DNA of 64,000 nt, from the NCBI GenBank assembly GCA_051362555.1, contig CM120646.1, positions 18,414,001 through 18,478,000 of the forward strand. The letters run 5' to 3'. The translations under genes were made by a program, and so were the position numbers. Below the pieces are notes generated by a model. The model was not told the origin of the DNA, did no database searches, and saw nothing but the letters and a program-made list of their open reading frames with translations. This document shows positions 52,935 to 64,000 of this stretch, piece by piece (position 1 is the stretch's first letter; each line of letters opens with the position of its first letter). The stretch comes from Lingula anatina. Taxonomy: Eukaryota > Animalia > Brachiopoda.

Positions 52935-55900
52935 TTATCCTGAAGCCAAGATCGTGTTGAGGTCAACATTGTAGACACATTTCTCATTGAAATAGTTGTA
53001 CGGCTGGTTGGTGAAAGGCAAGGTGAACACGTTGCAGCAAATCGTTGTATTACCTGCGAAGAGGTGCGTGGAACTGCCAGAGAAACCACAGGCAGGCGCA
53101 GTCTTGTAGAAGACCACAATACGGCTTCCAGGGGGAGGTATTGTCACCCCGGCATTCTCACACATCATTTGACCCAAGGGTTTTTGGACGGTCATCTGGG
53201 TGGACAGGCGCATGGGCGAAAGTCTCAACTTGGCCAGTCGTTCACAGTCCACTGGACAGCTCTGTAACGCGTGAAAGCACTCTGGTGAGATGCCAGTGGC
53301 CACACTGATGGAAGGCAATAACTGGCGGCGCTTCCTGGTATTAAAGAACTGTGGATATACTTCGATGACCTTCTTTTTCTGGTTGCCGTCTTCTATCCAT
53401 ACATCGTTATGGCCTTGTCCATAGATGAGATCTGGGAGTTCATAGAGTAATGGACCCGCTTTGGTAGAGCCTTTCACTTCGGCGTGGAGACTGCAGAGGC
53501 ATCTTAAAAGAGAAAACGCAATGTTATTCACTCGATTTTTACCTCCACCTTGAATGAAAAGAATCATTTAATATTTTTCCGGCGGTTGGATGAGCAGATT
53601 TCCTCCCCAGCATGCAACTCCAAACTTAATTCAGAAATGTACAACGGAATATAAACAACAACTTTCAGCACGCAGTCACTTAAAAAAGTGAAACCATGGC
53701 AACAGAGCGTTCAGGTTATTTTGTTTGGGGACATGTTTCCATACCAAACTTATGTGATAAATTTCATATCGTACGGAACCTTTTAAGAACAGGTAAAGCA
53801 AATGCAGTATAAACATGTATATATGTGTGTGTTATACGCAATACGCAGTCAGGTTTGCATCTTTGAAATTCATATACATGTACTAGTGCACATGCAAGTA
53901 AAATGCACTTACTTTTCAGTAGGTGGTCCGCTCACCATATCTACACAGACACATAGAAAAAATACACAATGAATGAAGTAAAGAATAACAAATTATTTGA
54001 AAAAGAGCGGCATGAAATTTGTGGAAATATCAATCAAAACCTTTAAACTACATCATACTATGGTACATGTAATATGGTAAATATATGTAGAACCGATTTC
54101 TAACACAATATTACATTTACTACATTGTGGTTCCAACTTTTAGTTCAAGTCGAAAACCTAGAAAAGATTGCTCGAAGGTAAGAAGTCTAAAAGACCATTA
54201 TTGAGGTCTTTCAATACAATAAAATACCTGCCTCTCAACTTGAAAGACAAAACTTCCCTGAGAACAGCTAAGTTCGCAGCGCAATGAATGATGGATTCTC
54301 AAATTTAACGCATTACAAATTGTTGCCAAAAAGTTTAACCTAGTTTGTGTGTGCATTGTATCTTTTGTGATACCTCCGTAACATTCCATCGGCTTCACCA
54401 TTAAAAATGTCTCTTCACCATCATCATCAAGATCATCCATCGGTACTTGCTTCACCGGTAGATAGCGCTTATCGTCAAGATATCCTTCGTCATTTCGCAG
54501 TAGGTAGTCATTCAATTTGGAATTACAGTCCCTGTATATAGAACAAACAAAATAATTAACCACTACTAACTGTTAAATAAAACATGTTTATCATATGACA
54601 TATATTGACGATACGTTTAGATATTTGTCAACTATTTATTATTATTATTATTATTAACTAGACACCAAAGATAGGAAGTTAACAGCAAATTAACAGCAAA
54701 AAAGTTGCGACAATTTTAATAACAAAGAGTAAAAAATGTCAATAACTTTTTTAATTTATTAAAATTAATTCTATCAACCTGGTTTCCTAAAGAAACCTAC
54801 AAAGTCACTCAATAAATTTGAAGTGTAGCATTTGAGCGAGCGTCGTCAAAATACATGATGAAAAGAATAAGAAAAAAGATAAGATAATCAATAACGTTCA
54901 TAAAAATAATTCGATCATGCTTACTTTCGAAATAAATTGGTATTATGGACATACAAAGCCAGTCGGCAAATTTGAAGTAAAACAGAAATACGGTTTGGCA
55001 CCTATTGGGCTAACATCGCCAAAATACATGAAAAAAAAATCCCGTAAAAATCAATAACGTTTAAAAAATACACTGTTACAACAGCAACGGTCGATCTTGG
55101 GAAGCACAGAAAATTCACGCGCCCTAGCTTAGAAGATAATCCGCCTTCTCTACACTCCTATCCCCAAAAAGAACATAATGATAAAACAGCAAATAAAAAC
55201 AGTAAAAATAAAGCAAAACCAAACTATTTTCCTTGCTATACCTATACGTTATGATTAAAAAAATGTCCAGAGAACAAATCTTGGATACGTCAGTTCACTG
55301 CACTGTATATATACAAAAAACTGTGTGAAACTTGCCAACATTATTCCCAACTTAAAGTTATTAGAACATCAAGAACTGTTAAATAAATGCACTTTTCAGA
55401 TACATCAACAAATCGGCAAGCCACATGGGTCTGAGCGTTATCTTACATGTTCTCTCCATCACATCGATCCTGCATCGCGCATGCACATTTAGAGCTGTTT
55501 GTAGGGGCACCTCCCCAATTGGTCATGTTCCATCCTTGCCGGGAAACCCACCAAGGACTTTTTAAGAAATTCTCTGAATGAATTGTTGAAAGTCGAACAT
55601 ATTGGCGGCATTTGCCAGAAATACGGGTTAGACTGTCAAGCTGCTCTTCGGTGGGTTTGTAATAAAAAAAAGCGTATCGTGAACGTTCACCTGGACCTTG
55701 ATAATGCTGTGGCAGTGGCTCAACACCAAATTGGTGAGGAACTAAGGTGACACCGTGCCCAGGTATATCATCTCTGGTTGTACAGGTGACCTGGAAGGGG
55801 TCCACTCCTCCTGCGCCGTCAGGGTCGATGGTGTATACACCTTCTTTGAACACGGTGCCGGCATAATGGCCCAAAACATCCTCGCAGGACCTGGGAACTA

Positions 55901-56248
55901 AGAGTTTAGACAAATTTTAGCAGTAACCGGACAGCACTAAGAAAATTCTTTCCCGTTTTAACAAATGATGTAGCTTTTTTGAATCACAAATCAGACAGCT
56001 ATTGTAAATATTTACATTGGCCACATGTACTGATGCAATTGACAAACTGATTCATTGTGAAAAAAATTATATATTATTATATTTTGAAATATTTTAAAAA
56101 TGCGGATTCGCTACTCAGTTTTAAAACTTTAAAGTTGCATTGCACAAGTTTTTACTGAAAGCTTGTACACCTACGTACCTTCATTAGCCGCCACGTATTG
56201 CACTGAAACAAGAAAGAAAACCCCGTGCAAAATGTTTAGATTTGCCAT
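52935..56248 (-). CDS. Array unit E: secreted FBG-like + Cys-rich domain protein, ~424 aa
   Basis: Exons 56248-56179 (MANLNILHGVFFLVSVQYVAANE), 55897-55447, 54531-54374, 53940-53913 and 53502-52935; GT-AG junctions, open frame of 1275 nt. Confidence 0.87.
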
Positions 56249-57002
56249 TAGTTCGACGCTGTCTGAATGGCGGCGGCTATGCAACGGAAATGAACCGAGC
56301 TGGTTCTTTGCTGTCCTTCATGTGGTGCTGCATATGCCCACAAACTGAGAACGAAACCATGTGTTTTATCAACTCGATGCCCTGTGTTATCGAAAGAAGA
56401 AACAATCTGCACGGAACATCTACGCAACGCAAGGGCACACCAGTGACATAGAGTTACAACCAACTTGAAGGAAACGATCTTTTTAAAATTGTCGATATAC
56501 CCAAAATAAATGTATCGAAAAAAATCGACCTGTGCTGTAGTAAACAAGGCAAAGGAGATCTAAACACGCTACATTTTATTAATTGATTAATTAAGTCATT
56601 TCTGTCCAAAGTCAAACAAGGTGGCACCAACAAGTGTCAAGTACTCTTATACTTTATTTACTATTTGACATCCAAAGGCTTCTAGAAAAGGTCCGCTTAG
56701 GTAATAATTCGAAAACAGTATATTTTAAGGTCTTGAAAGAAAAAAGGTCATTTTAATTCTTATTTATTTTCTTTTTCGAAAGGAGGTAAAGATTAACAGA
56801 TAAAGGCATATGTAGCTTTGTTGAAAATCGCATAGAAATTAAAAACGGTTGCTTGGCAGTGGTGTGCACTTCATTGCCTCAGATATGTGTTTTTCAATAC
56901 TTTAATTAACGAATTCGGTTTTCATAAGGTGTACATATCATGCGAAGCATGCCATCCCTCCCAATTCACAAGTTAAAAAACGTCAAAACCCCACCAATAA
57001 AA

Positions 57003-57177
57003 GGGGGCCGTAGCGATAGTCCGAAGGTTCAATAGTCCGAAGGTTCATTGGTCCGAAAGTTCACTATAGAACCTTCGGACCAATGAACCCTTGATTAAAA
57101 AATCGATGAAAATGTTACCACTTTTCGGACCAATGAACCTTCGGACCAATGAACCTTCGGACTATCGAGACGCCCCC
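57003..57177. mobile_element. MITE with long repeat-built TIRs and a 7-9 bp target-site duplication
   Basis: The left arm of ATAGTCCGAAGGTTCA-type repeats is inverted against the right arm of TGAACCTTCGGACCAA/CTAT repeats. CCAATAAAA flanks both sides (56994-57002 and 57176-57184). A 9-bp TSD would be Mutator-like (inference). Confidence 0.8.
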
Positions 57178-58547
57178 AATAAAAGTAGGGCCTACCTGAT
57201 GTTGATATTTCCTTTCTAAAATGTACAGGAGGACATGATGGCGAAATTATCGGGTCCAAGCACAGGAAACGTTTTTTTAAGAAGAGAAAAAAACCGGATT
57301 GTTGGGGAAAACCCGGATTGAATACTCGCGACCTTTGCTGACCACTTAAAGTTACATATGAAGTCAAATCTTTCCAGCTAAACCCCGCTTAATACCAAAT
57401 AACGTAACTGAAAGGAATACTTATAAGGGTATCGTCTCATTCTTCCCGAAAAATGGTATTTGAACAGACATGAACTGCTTTCTTGTTGTGTTAAATACAT
57501 GTTTAACGCTCGGTCATTTTCGCCAGCCTTCGTTTTAAAACATGTCTTCATGCCATTGTTAGCGCAACGATGCGTCATACATGAAGTTCTACATCATTTG
57601 GCGGACTTCACGAACTGGCAGCGCGAATAAATTCCAGTAGGCCAAATTTACGACCACTAATAAATACAATAGGCCAAGTTTACGAGCAGTCGTTGCAGTT
57701 TTACAGCTATTTTTTGCTGACTGAGTGACTCATTTGGCTTGTTCTTCGGTATGTCGACTTCCTTCGAGTCGTAAAATAACTAGTTGAAGTGGTTGATATG
57801 CTTTACAGGGAATGTTCACTAGCGCCAAATGTACCTTAAAACCCTTAAAACCTTTACTCCAGGTAGAACAAAAGTTCCGTTATAAGGGACGCAGTTATAG
57901 TTTTCAATGGTCTCATTGAGTATCCATGTTTAAATGACCTACTTTTAAAACCGTGATGTGAATTGATTTTAGTGCATTATTTACGCAGCAGACGGGGGGC
58001 CGGAGGTGAAAAGTTAGGGGTGCTAAAACTGATAGAGAAGAAATTAAATGTCAGCAAGCCTTACAACTTTAAATCATATGCTTAATCAAGCTGAAAAAAT
58101 CTCAATCAACTTCAAATGTAGGAAACGTCTCGCAGACCCTGTTAGCCCTGTACTTGATAGCAGAGTGAAGAGGTTCAAGGTTAAAAAACATGAAATTAGG
58201 TCATTTTGTCAAATGGTCTTGTTAATCTTGTGTTTTGATGGCCTACTTTTATAATCGAGGAGTAATTTACAGAAGACTAGTCCATTATGCACTCAGCAGA
58301 AGGCAAAAGGTTTACATGTTTTTTAAAGGAGCCCAGGGATACACCCCGCGACCGTCCGACCGGTGTGCATAGAAGGAAGTACCAAGCCTTCGAACGTTCT
58401 ACAAAGTGGAAAATTGTAAGTTAACCTGAAATGGATGACCATTCTTGGAAATACACTGTACTGTCTGTCCTACGTTTGAGCCACTAGCTGCATTCAATAG
58501 GCCTTATATCTGTGACAGTAAACCGAACGAGTTATCAACGATCAAAC

Positions 58548-60598
58548 ATGTCTTCGTTGAGAGTAGCCGTAGTTGTATACTTTCACGCTGTTCTTATTGT
58601 CGGTTTGTATCTGAAACGCTATGAGAAAGTAAATGTGGTCTCTGCTGGCGAAACCGACTACAGACAACGTCTTCCCGCATTTCTCCATTCTTTTCCCTCA
58701 TTACTCCGACCAACCATTTGCGTCGTATTGTCCCTGTGGACTGTCCTCAAGATTGTGTCCCCACCCAGGGACACGCTCATGGGCTGCATAGCGCAGTTTT
58801 TTCCAAAGGAACTTCGGGTGTTTGTTATACCATACATGGCTTGGTTTCTTAGCACTATAGAACCCCAACTGAATTTGGAACAGTATTCGCGCTATATTAA
58901 AAAACTGGATCAACAAATACCAGAGTTCTCTTGGGTACAGACAGTAGGGTATTATTTTGTGAAAAGTTCCTATTTGCCGATCTTCTACTACGGCGTCGTT
59001 ATCACAGGAACAATCATGTCAAATTGCAAAATAATGCAAAACCAGAGAACTTGGTTAAGAACCGCAGGGCTGCTGACACTGACTTTTGCAGATATTTTTC
59101 TCGTATATTGGTTTTTCTTCGAAAGTGCACACCCAGAAATTATAGGAACATTATCGATTTTCGTGTTCATTTCTGCCACCCCAGTCGTCGTCTATCAAAT
59201 GCAGGTCACACAGCAAATGCGCGTTTTCCTACTCGGTGGCCTTTTCACATTGTCAAGCATGATGTATCAAGAAATTTGGAGGTATCGTCTGCTCGAGCCG
59301 AACCTAAACCTGGTATCATCCGGGCACTTAGTCATTTTGTTGTACATATGTGAGCACATGAACAAGGACGGATTAGACCTATATTTGCAAACTTACAAGC
59401 GCCTTCCCAAATATCTCCCGGCTCCAAACAGAATTGCAAGCATCATTGTTCTGCTAACAATTTCAAAACTCAGACTTGCATACAATATCGTGGAACTACT
59501 TCTCGAACCCCTCATTTACTGGACCCACTTGGCCCCCAAAACGTTCGTGACAACAGTTGGGTTTTTCCAAACTTCCATCAATTTTCTTTCTTTCCATTAT
59601 AAATATATCATCCCACATGTAGCTGTTTTAGTAGATTTGCTATTCATTTATCAAGTTTTTGAGATATCCAGCATCTTTTCACCATTTTATCGGCTTTTTC
59701 GGGACAACTACGACGATTGGTATGTGTTTGAGTCCTGGAAGACGCAGACAGAATGGAAAATTATGAGAGCCTGGCTCATGACAATTTGCTACACGATCGT
59801 TTCATTCGGCCTGCATCTCGGTGTGAATTTTATACTTTTAGACTTCGTGACACTGGAGGTATGCTTAATAGCAATTCGCCATGGACTAACGAAACCCGAT
59901 TTCGAAGAAGATGAAGAAGAAGAGGATGCTCTCACTTCAACAGCTCTTGCAACCGAAACGGAAGACCCGACCACAGGTGATACAGCCGACGAAGAAGACG
60001 CGATTCCTGTAGATGATGACGAAGACAAGACCACTATAGAAGAAATAGACCAGCTTTCAGAAAAACAGTTCTCTGACAAAGCGGTTCAAACGAGAAGTGA
60101 GTTAACATATTAATGACATACGGGCAGTGTTTGTCCCACGAATGCGGAAACTTATTTTGTTTAAGTAATAATTTGCTGAGTGTGTTTGTTTGGTAACACA
60201 AGTTAGATTCCTTCAGAAAACAGCAAGATCAGATTACATTTGTTTAGTTATACCGGTAGTTTACTAGAGAATTGTTGCCTAGTATAATAGTAATGTTGCT
60301 GCTGAATAAGAAAATGTCCAAATGAGTGTCTCCGATCCTACGGTTCGTGTGTACAAATTTGAGAGGTAAAGGCGCTTTAAGCTGTAGCCACTGTCCTCAT
60401 GTTCAAAATTTCATTTCAGCCAGGAGACGAAGACGAACATCGCAGCACAGTCGAAAAAAGGGAAACGAACTGTCACCAAGAGTTAAAATTAACAACGTGT
60501 TTGGTTACTTCTTCCGCGGCGGTAACATCCAAGTTGGTAATCAGAACCGCATGGAGGTGTATCACACTGAAGAAGATGAGGAGAATGCACGTGCGTGA
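58548..60598 (+). CDS. Multi-pass membrane protein with an acidic cytoplasmic-type tail and a spliced C-terminal RHIM-like motif, ~575 aa (521 aa if unspliced)
   Basis: The first ATG at 58548 (AAACATGT) opens a long exon with many hydrophobic segments followed by a D/E-rich tail. A consensus donor A|GTGAGT (60096/60097) and an acceptor TTTCATTTCAG| (60419/60420) join in frame to TRRRRRTSQHSRKKGNELSPRVKINNVFGYFFRGGNIQVGNQNRMEVYHTEEDEENARA*. Family not recognised. Confidence 0.75.
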
Positions 60599-62341
60599 CG
60601 TCACAGGGCATTGAACGTGACGTCATCTAAGTCAATTTACTGATGCTGCTGAGTTTAGTTAACGAATGATTTTAGATTTTTGTTACATATTGGGGTGGGG
60701 GGAGGGGTGCAGCAATATTCATAACTAGAAGCAAATTTCGTCGGTAGTGATGTAGTGATTCATGAATTCATGTATTTTACTATTTAGGATTATTATTGTC
60801 CATACTTGTCAGTGATCAATTTTTCAGCAAGTATTACCGTTTTTTTCCAAATAAGAAATATTTCCCGGTATGATATACATAAAACACAAATTTATTTTAA
60901 AATTAAAAAAAAAAAAAACTTTGCACGAAAACTTGCCACATATAAAATGCAATATTGATATATAGGACGTTCAAAACGAATTATCGACCTATATAAATAT
61001 ATTTGAATAAAATAAAACATAATTTGGACATAATCGCATTAGTTTACTCCATGCCTTGGATTTTTCTAAGAAAGAACCACTCTGATCAATTATAGATAAA
61101 TACATAAAGTATCATGTTTGCCAGGAAAAATGTAAATATAATCCTGCGAATGGATTTTATAAATAGAAACAAATCAGTTGAAATAAGAAGCTTCTGTTAT
61201 TTCAGTCCTTATCTGCAGATGTAGCGTTTCATTATTGATTTATTTTCTCTTGGTATAACCGGTTGTATGGAGAGAGAGGTTGATTTTCTCGCTTCAATAC
61301 ATGTCCCTTACCGCTCCTTTACGCTCCTTGCCCCCCCCTCCCGAATGCGAGAAATTAAAGGGCAACTCCATGGGTTTACACACTAAAATGGATCTTCCCT
61401 GGGAAATAAGCAAATTTCTCACGCATCATTCATTTTCCCATTCTGTACTTGGATTCGACATTTTATTAAATTAATAAAGGTTGAGTTAGTTGTAAATGAC
61501 TGGCCAGTCATTATAACCAGCTACCATCTTTCTAGGCTTCGATGGAAATATCCACATCAGAAAAAATATTTAATGGGTTATTGTTTTTAAGGTGTATGCA
61601 AGGTTTTATAAGAAGCTGTGGATGGCGAAAATAAGTATTTTGGGGTTTTTTAAACCCATGGAGTGTACCTTTACCTGATGAATTATTTTAAGTCAAATTG
61701 TCAAGATGTTGTATTTTGAATGCATTTATATTTAACGACATATGCCCGATTCAATTATTCTTTATAAATGCTTTATCTACATCAGCACAAAACAATCTGG
61801 TACAGTTTCAATAGCTACCAGAGAAGCATATATAAATGTACACCCCCCCTTTCGTAGGGAATAGCTTCTGAACAATTGTGCAGTTTGAAAAGTGCACTAG
61901 CTAAACAGGATGTTATGTGCCTTAGTGTATCTTGTCTCGTATATTGGGTAAGGTGGGGTGTAGATTCACCATTATTTATTATTTTCTTGATGGGTCCTAC
62001 CAATCGTTTTAATATATTAAAATCGGTGTTTGCAAATGTAACCAGGAATAGTCGTTATTTTACTAATGGCACATTATATACACGGAGCTCACGATATCAT
62101 GACAACTTCTAAGTAAAATGTTTTGAATGCACATATATTATTCTACCCATATATCATTCGCCCTTTGCAAAAGGGGATAAATTATTGTAATATTATGAAT
62201 AAGGTTCCAATTATACAAAACAAAAACAAAATAATTTTTCTTAAGATCATTTACTCAAGTATTGATCACTTAACAGTGGTGCAGGTGATGGCCGGCACAT
62301 TTGCCAAACTCAAACAGACAGAAACCACGGTAACATGGTAA

Positions 62342-62962
62342 TTAGCCACTCAAAACCGTGTTGAGGTCCAGCGTACGGGAGCATTTCTCATTGAACACGT
62401 TGTACACCTGATTGGTGTATGGTAGCCGGAACACAGCGCAGCAAATGGTCGTGTCATCAGAGAAGACGTGCGTGGAACTGTGACCGGAACCGCATGTTGG
62501 TACGGTCTTATAAAAGGCCACGATACGACGCCCAGGGGGAGGCAAGGTCACCTTAGCGTTCTCGCACATGACTTGACCCAGCGGTTTCTGAACTCCTCCC
62601 ACCGATATCTTTGTAGCCAGGGACTTGGATGCAAGATTAAACTTTGCCAGGCGTTCGCAATCCACAGGGCATCTTTGTAACACGTGGGCGCACTCGGAGG
62701 AAGTACCCGGATGGACATTGGTAGATGAGGATGCGTGGCGCCGCTTTTTAGTGCTGAAGAAATTAGCATACACATCGGTGACTCTTCTAGTCCTGATGCC
62801 GTCGTCAATCCATACGTCATTCTTTCCTTGTCCGTAGATAAGGTCGGGAAGCTGGAGAAGCAATGGTCCGGCCGTGGTCTTACTTTTCTCTTCTGCATGA
62901 AGACTGCATTGGCACCTATGGGAAACGTGAAATGGGAAGTACCGGAAAGCATAATTTACTTG

Positions 62963-62998
<36 letters not shown>

Positions 62999-63077
62999 GC
63001 GTGTTGTTTTATATTAAATGTATTAATGAATAAATAAATTTTAATTTACCTTTCTTTTTGCTTTCCGTTAAACGTGG
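62342..63077 (-). CDS. Array unit F, 5'-partial: 28-nt linker exon + Cys-rich C-terminal domain exon
   Basis: Exons 63077-63050 (ATFNGKQKER) and 62915-62342 (CQCSLHAEEKSKTTAGPLLLQLPDLIYGQG...CPVDCERLA...GQVMCEN...ICC...NEKC). The upstream exons presumably lie beyond the window end. Confidence 0.8.
62966..62993. repeat. (CT)n microsatellite
   Basis: Pure CT run in a unit F intron. Confidence 0.95.
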
Positions 63078-64000
63078 CTGCAAATAATGAAATATTATGA
63101 TTATTAACTTGTGTTACAGTTAATTCAGTTTAAGTGATTGATTAAAATGCTTAATATTTGGGCTATGCTATGGGTATACTACTAGTGCAAACACAGAAAG
63201 ATATACTATAGGAGATGGGTGACATATGCAGATTTAAAGGATTTAGGGATATTGTATCCTCTGATATCAGGGGTCTCTAAAATAGTAAAAAGAATTCAAG
63301 TTTCCATGCAATAATTTTGAATAGAAGACTAGCGGTTTTCAGAGGGTAGAGATGTCGCATATGGCACTTACAATGCACGCTGCTATTTGTAGAAAAAATC
63401 AACCTTTGAAATAGTTCATATATTTTCAAATCATTGGATATGGGGGCAAACTAGATTCTTTTGCACCCCCCCCCCCACCACCTGCATTTTAGGTCGTTGG
63501 ATTACAATGCTTTTCTAATTTTAAATTAACATTAAATGAAATTACTTTGGGACAATGTTTGTGCTTTCAAACATATTAAGCTTTAAGAGTTAAGCTTTAT
63601 ACGAACTACAATGTAATTTTTCGGTGTTTTTTTTCAATAAATTTCAGGCCCATTAAATTAATATGGAAACTTATTTATTTCTGAACAAGGTTTATTCAAG
63701 AAAAAGAAAAGGAATATGCCCCCCATAAGAGAAAAAAAAAATATATATATATAGGCCTATATATATATATATATGTCAGTATAATATGAAGCTATCGCAA
63801 GGGTGAACGTTGTCCAATAAGCTTGAAACTTCATTGTAAAAAAATTCAAAGAATTCTTTAGTATATTTCCAACTCAATATATTTGAATAATGCGCAGAGA
63901 CATTGCTTAAGCCACCACATTATACTGAAATCGAGAAACACGAAGATCTGCACTACGTAGGCCTACCTGTAGGTGCGTGTGTGTGTGTGTGTGGGGGGGG

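Noticed and set aside
38391-55897. Calling the FBG exons a contactin-associated protein (CNTNAP/neurexin IV) gene
   Set aside because: There are no discoidin, laminin-G, EGF or TM exons, and each unit has its own signal exon and terminal exon.
58512-60113. Treating the 533-aa ORF as an intronless retrogene starting at GTG 58512
   Set aside because: The eukaryotic start is more likely the ATG at 58548, no poly-A tail or TSD is seen, and a consensus intron near the 3' end is predicted.

Overview
AT-rich, intron-rich animal genomic DNA. It looks like a marine invertebrate, but the taxon cannot be fixed from sequence alone. All gene models were built by hand from GT-AG sites and frame continuity. 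Left to right: (1) the 3' 13 exons of a very divergent SLC6/NSS-fold transporter gene (+, 217-6878). (2) A small secreted TIL + 2xWAP Cys-rich protein gene (-, 8648-10600). (3) A ~180-bp structured tandem repeat (12.6-13.6 kb), probably inside the 3' UTR of the next gene. (4) A multi-exon CEP164 orthologue (-, 14333-32949), with a putative in-frame ~334-aa alternative N-terminal exon and a promoter near 36.0-36.15 kb. (5) A head-to-tail array of at least six paralogous units (-, 36.9 kb to the window end) encoding secreted proteins: signal peptide + Caspr-type fibrinogen-like domain with three hypervariable loops + 28-nt linker exon + 10-Cys C-terminal domain with a conserved polybasic site. 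Two units appear fused into one two-FBG gene. (6) Inside the array, on the opposite strand, a multi-pass membrane protein gene whose predicted second exon, not joined in the ORF track, adds a RHIM-like motif (IQVGNQNRM). Items 5 and 6 together are the best candidate for an undescribed innate recognition/signalling locus; that functional link is inference only.
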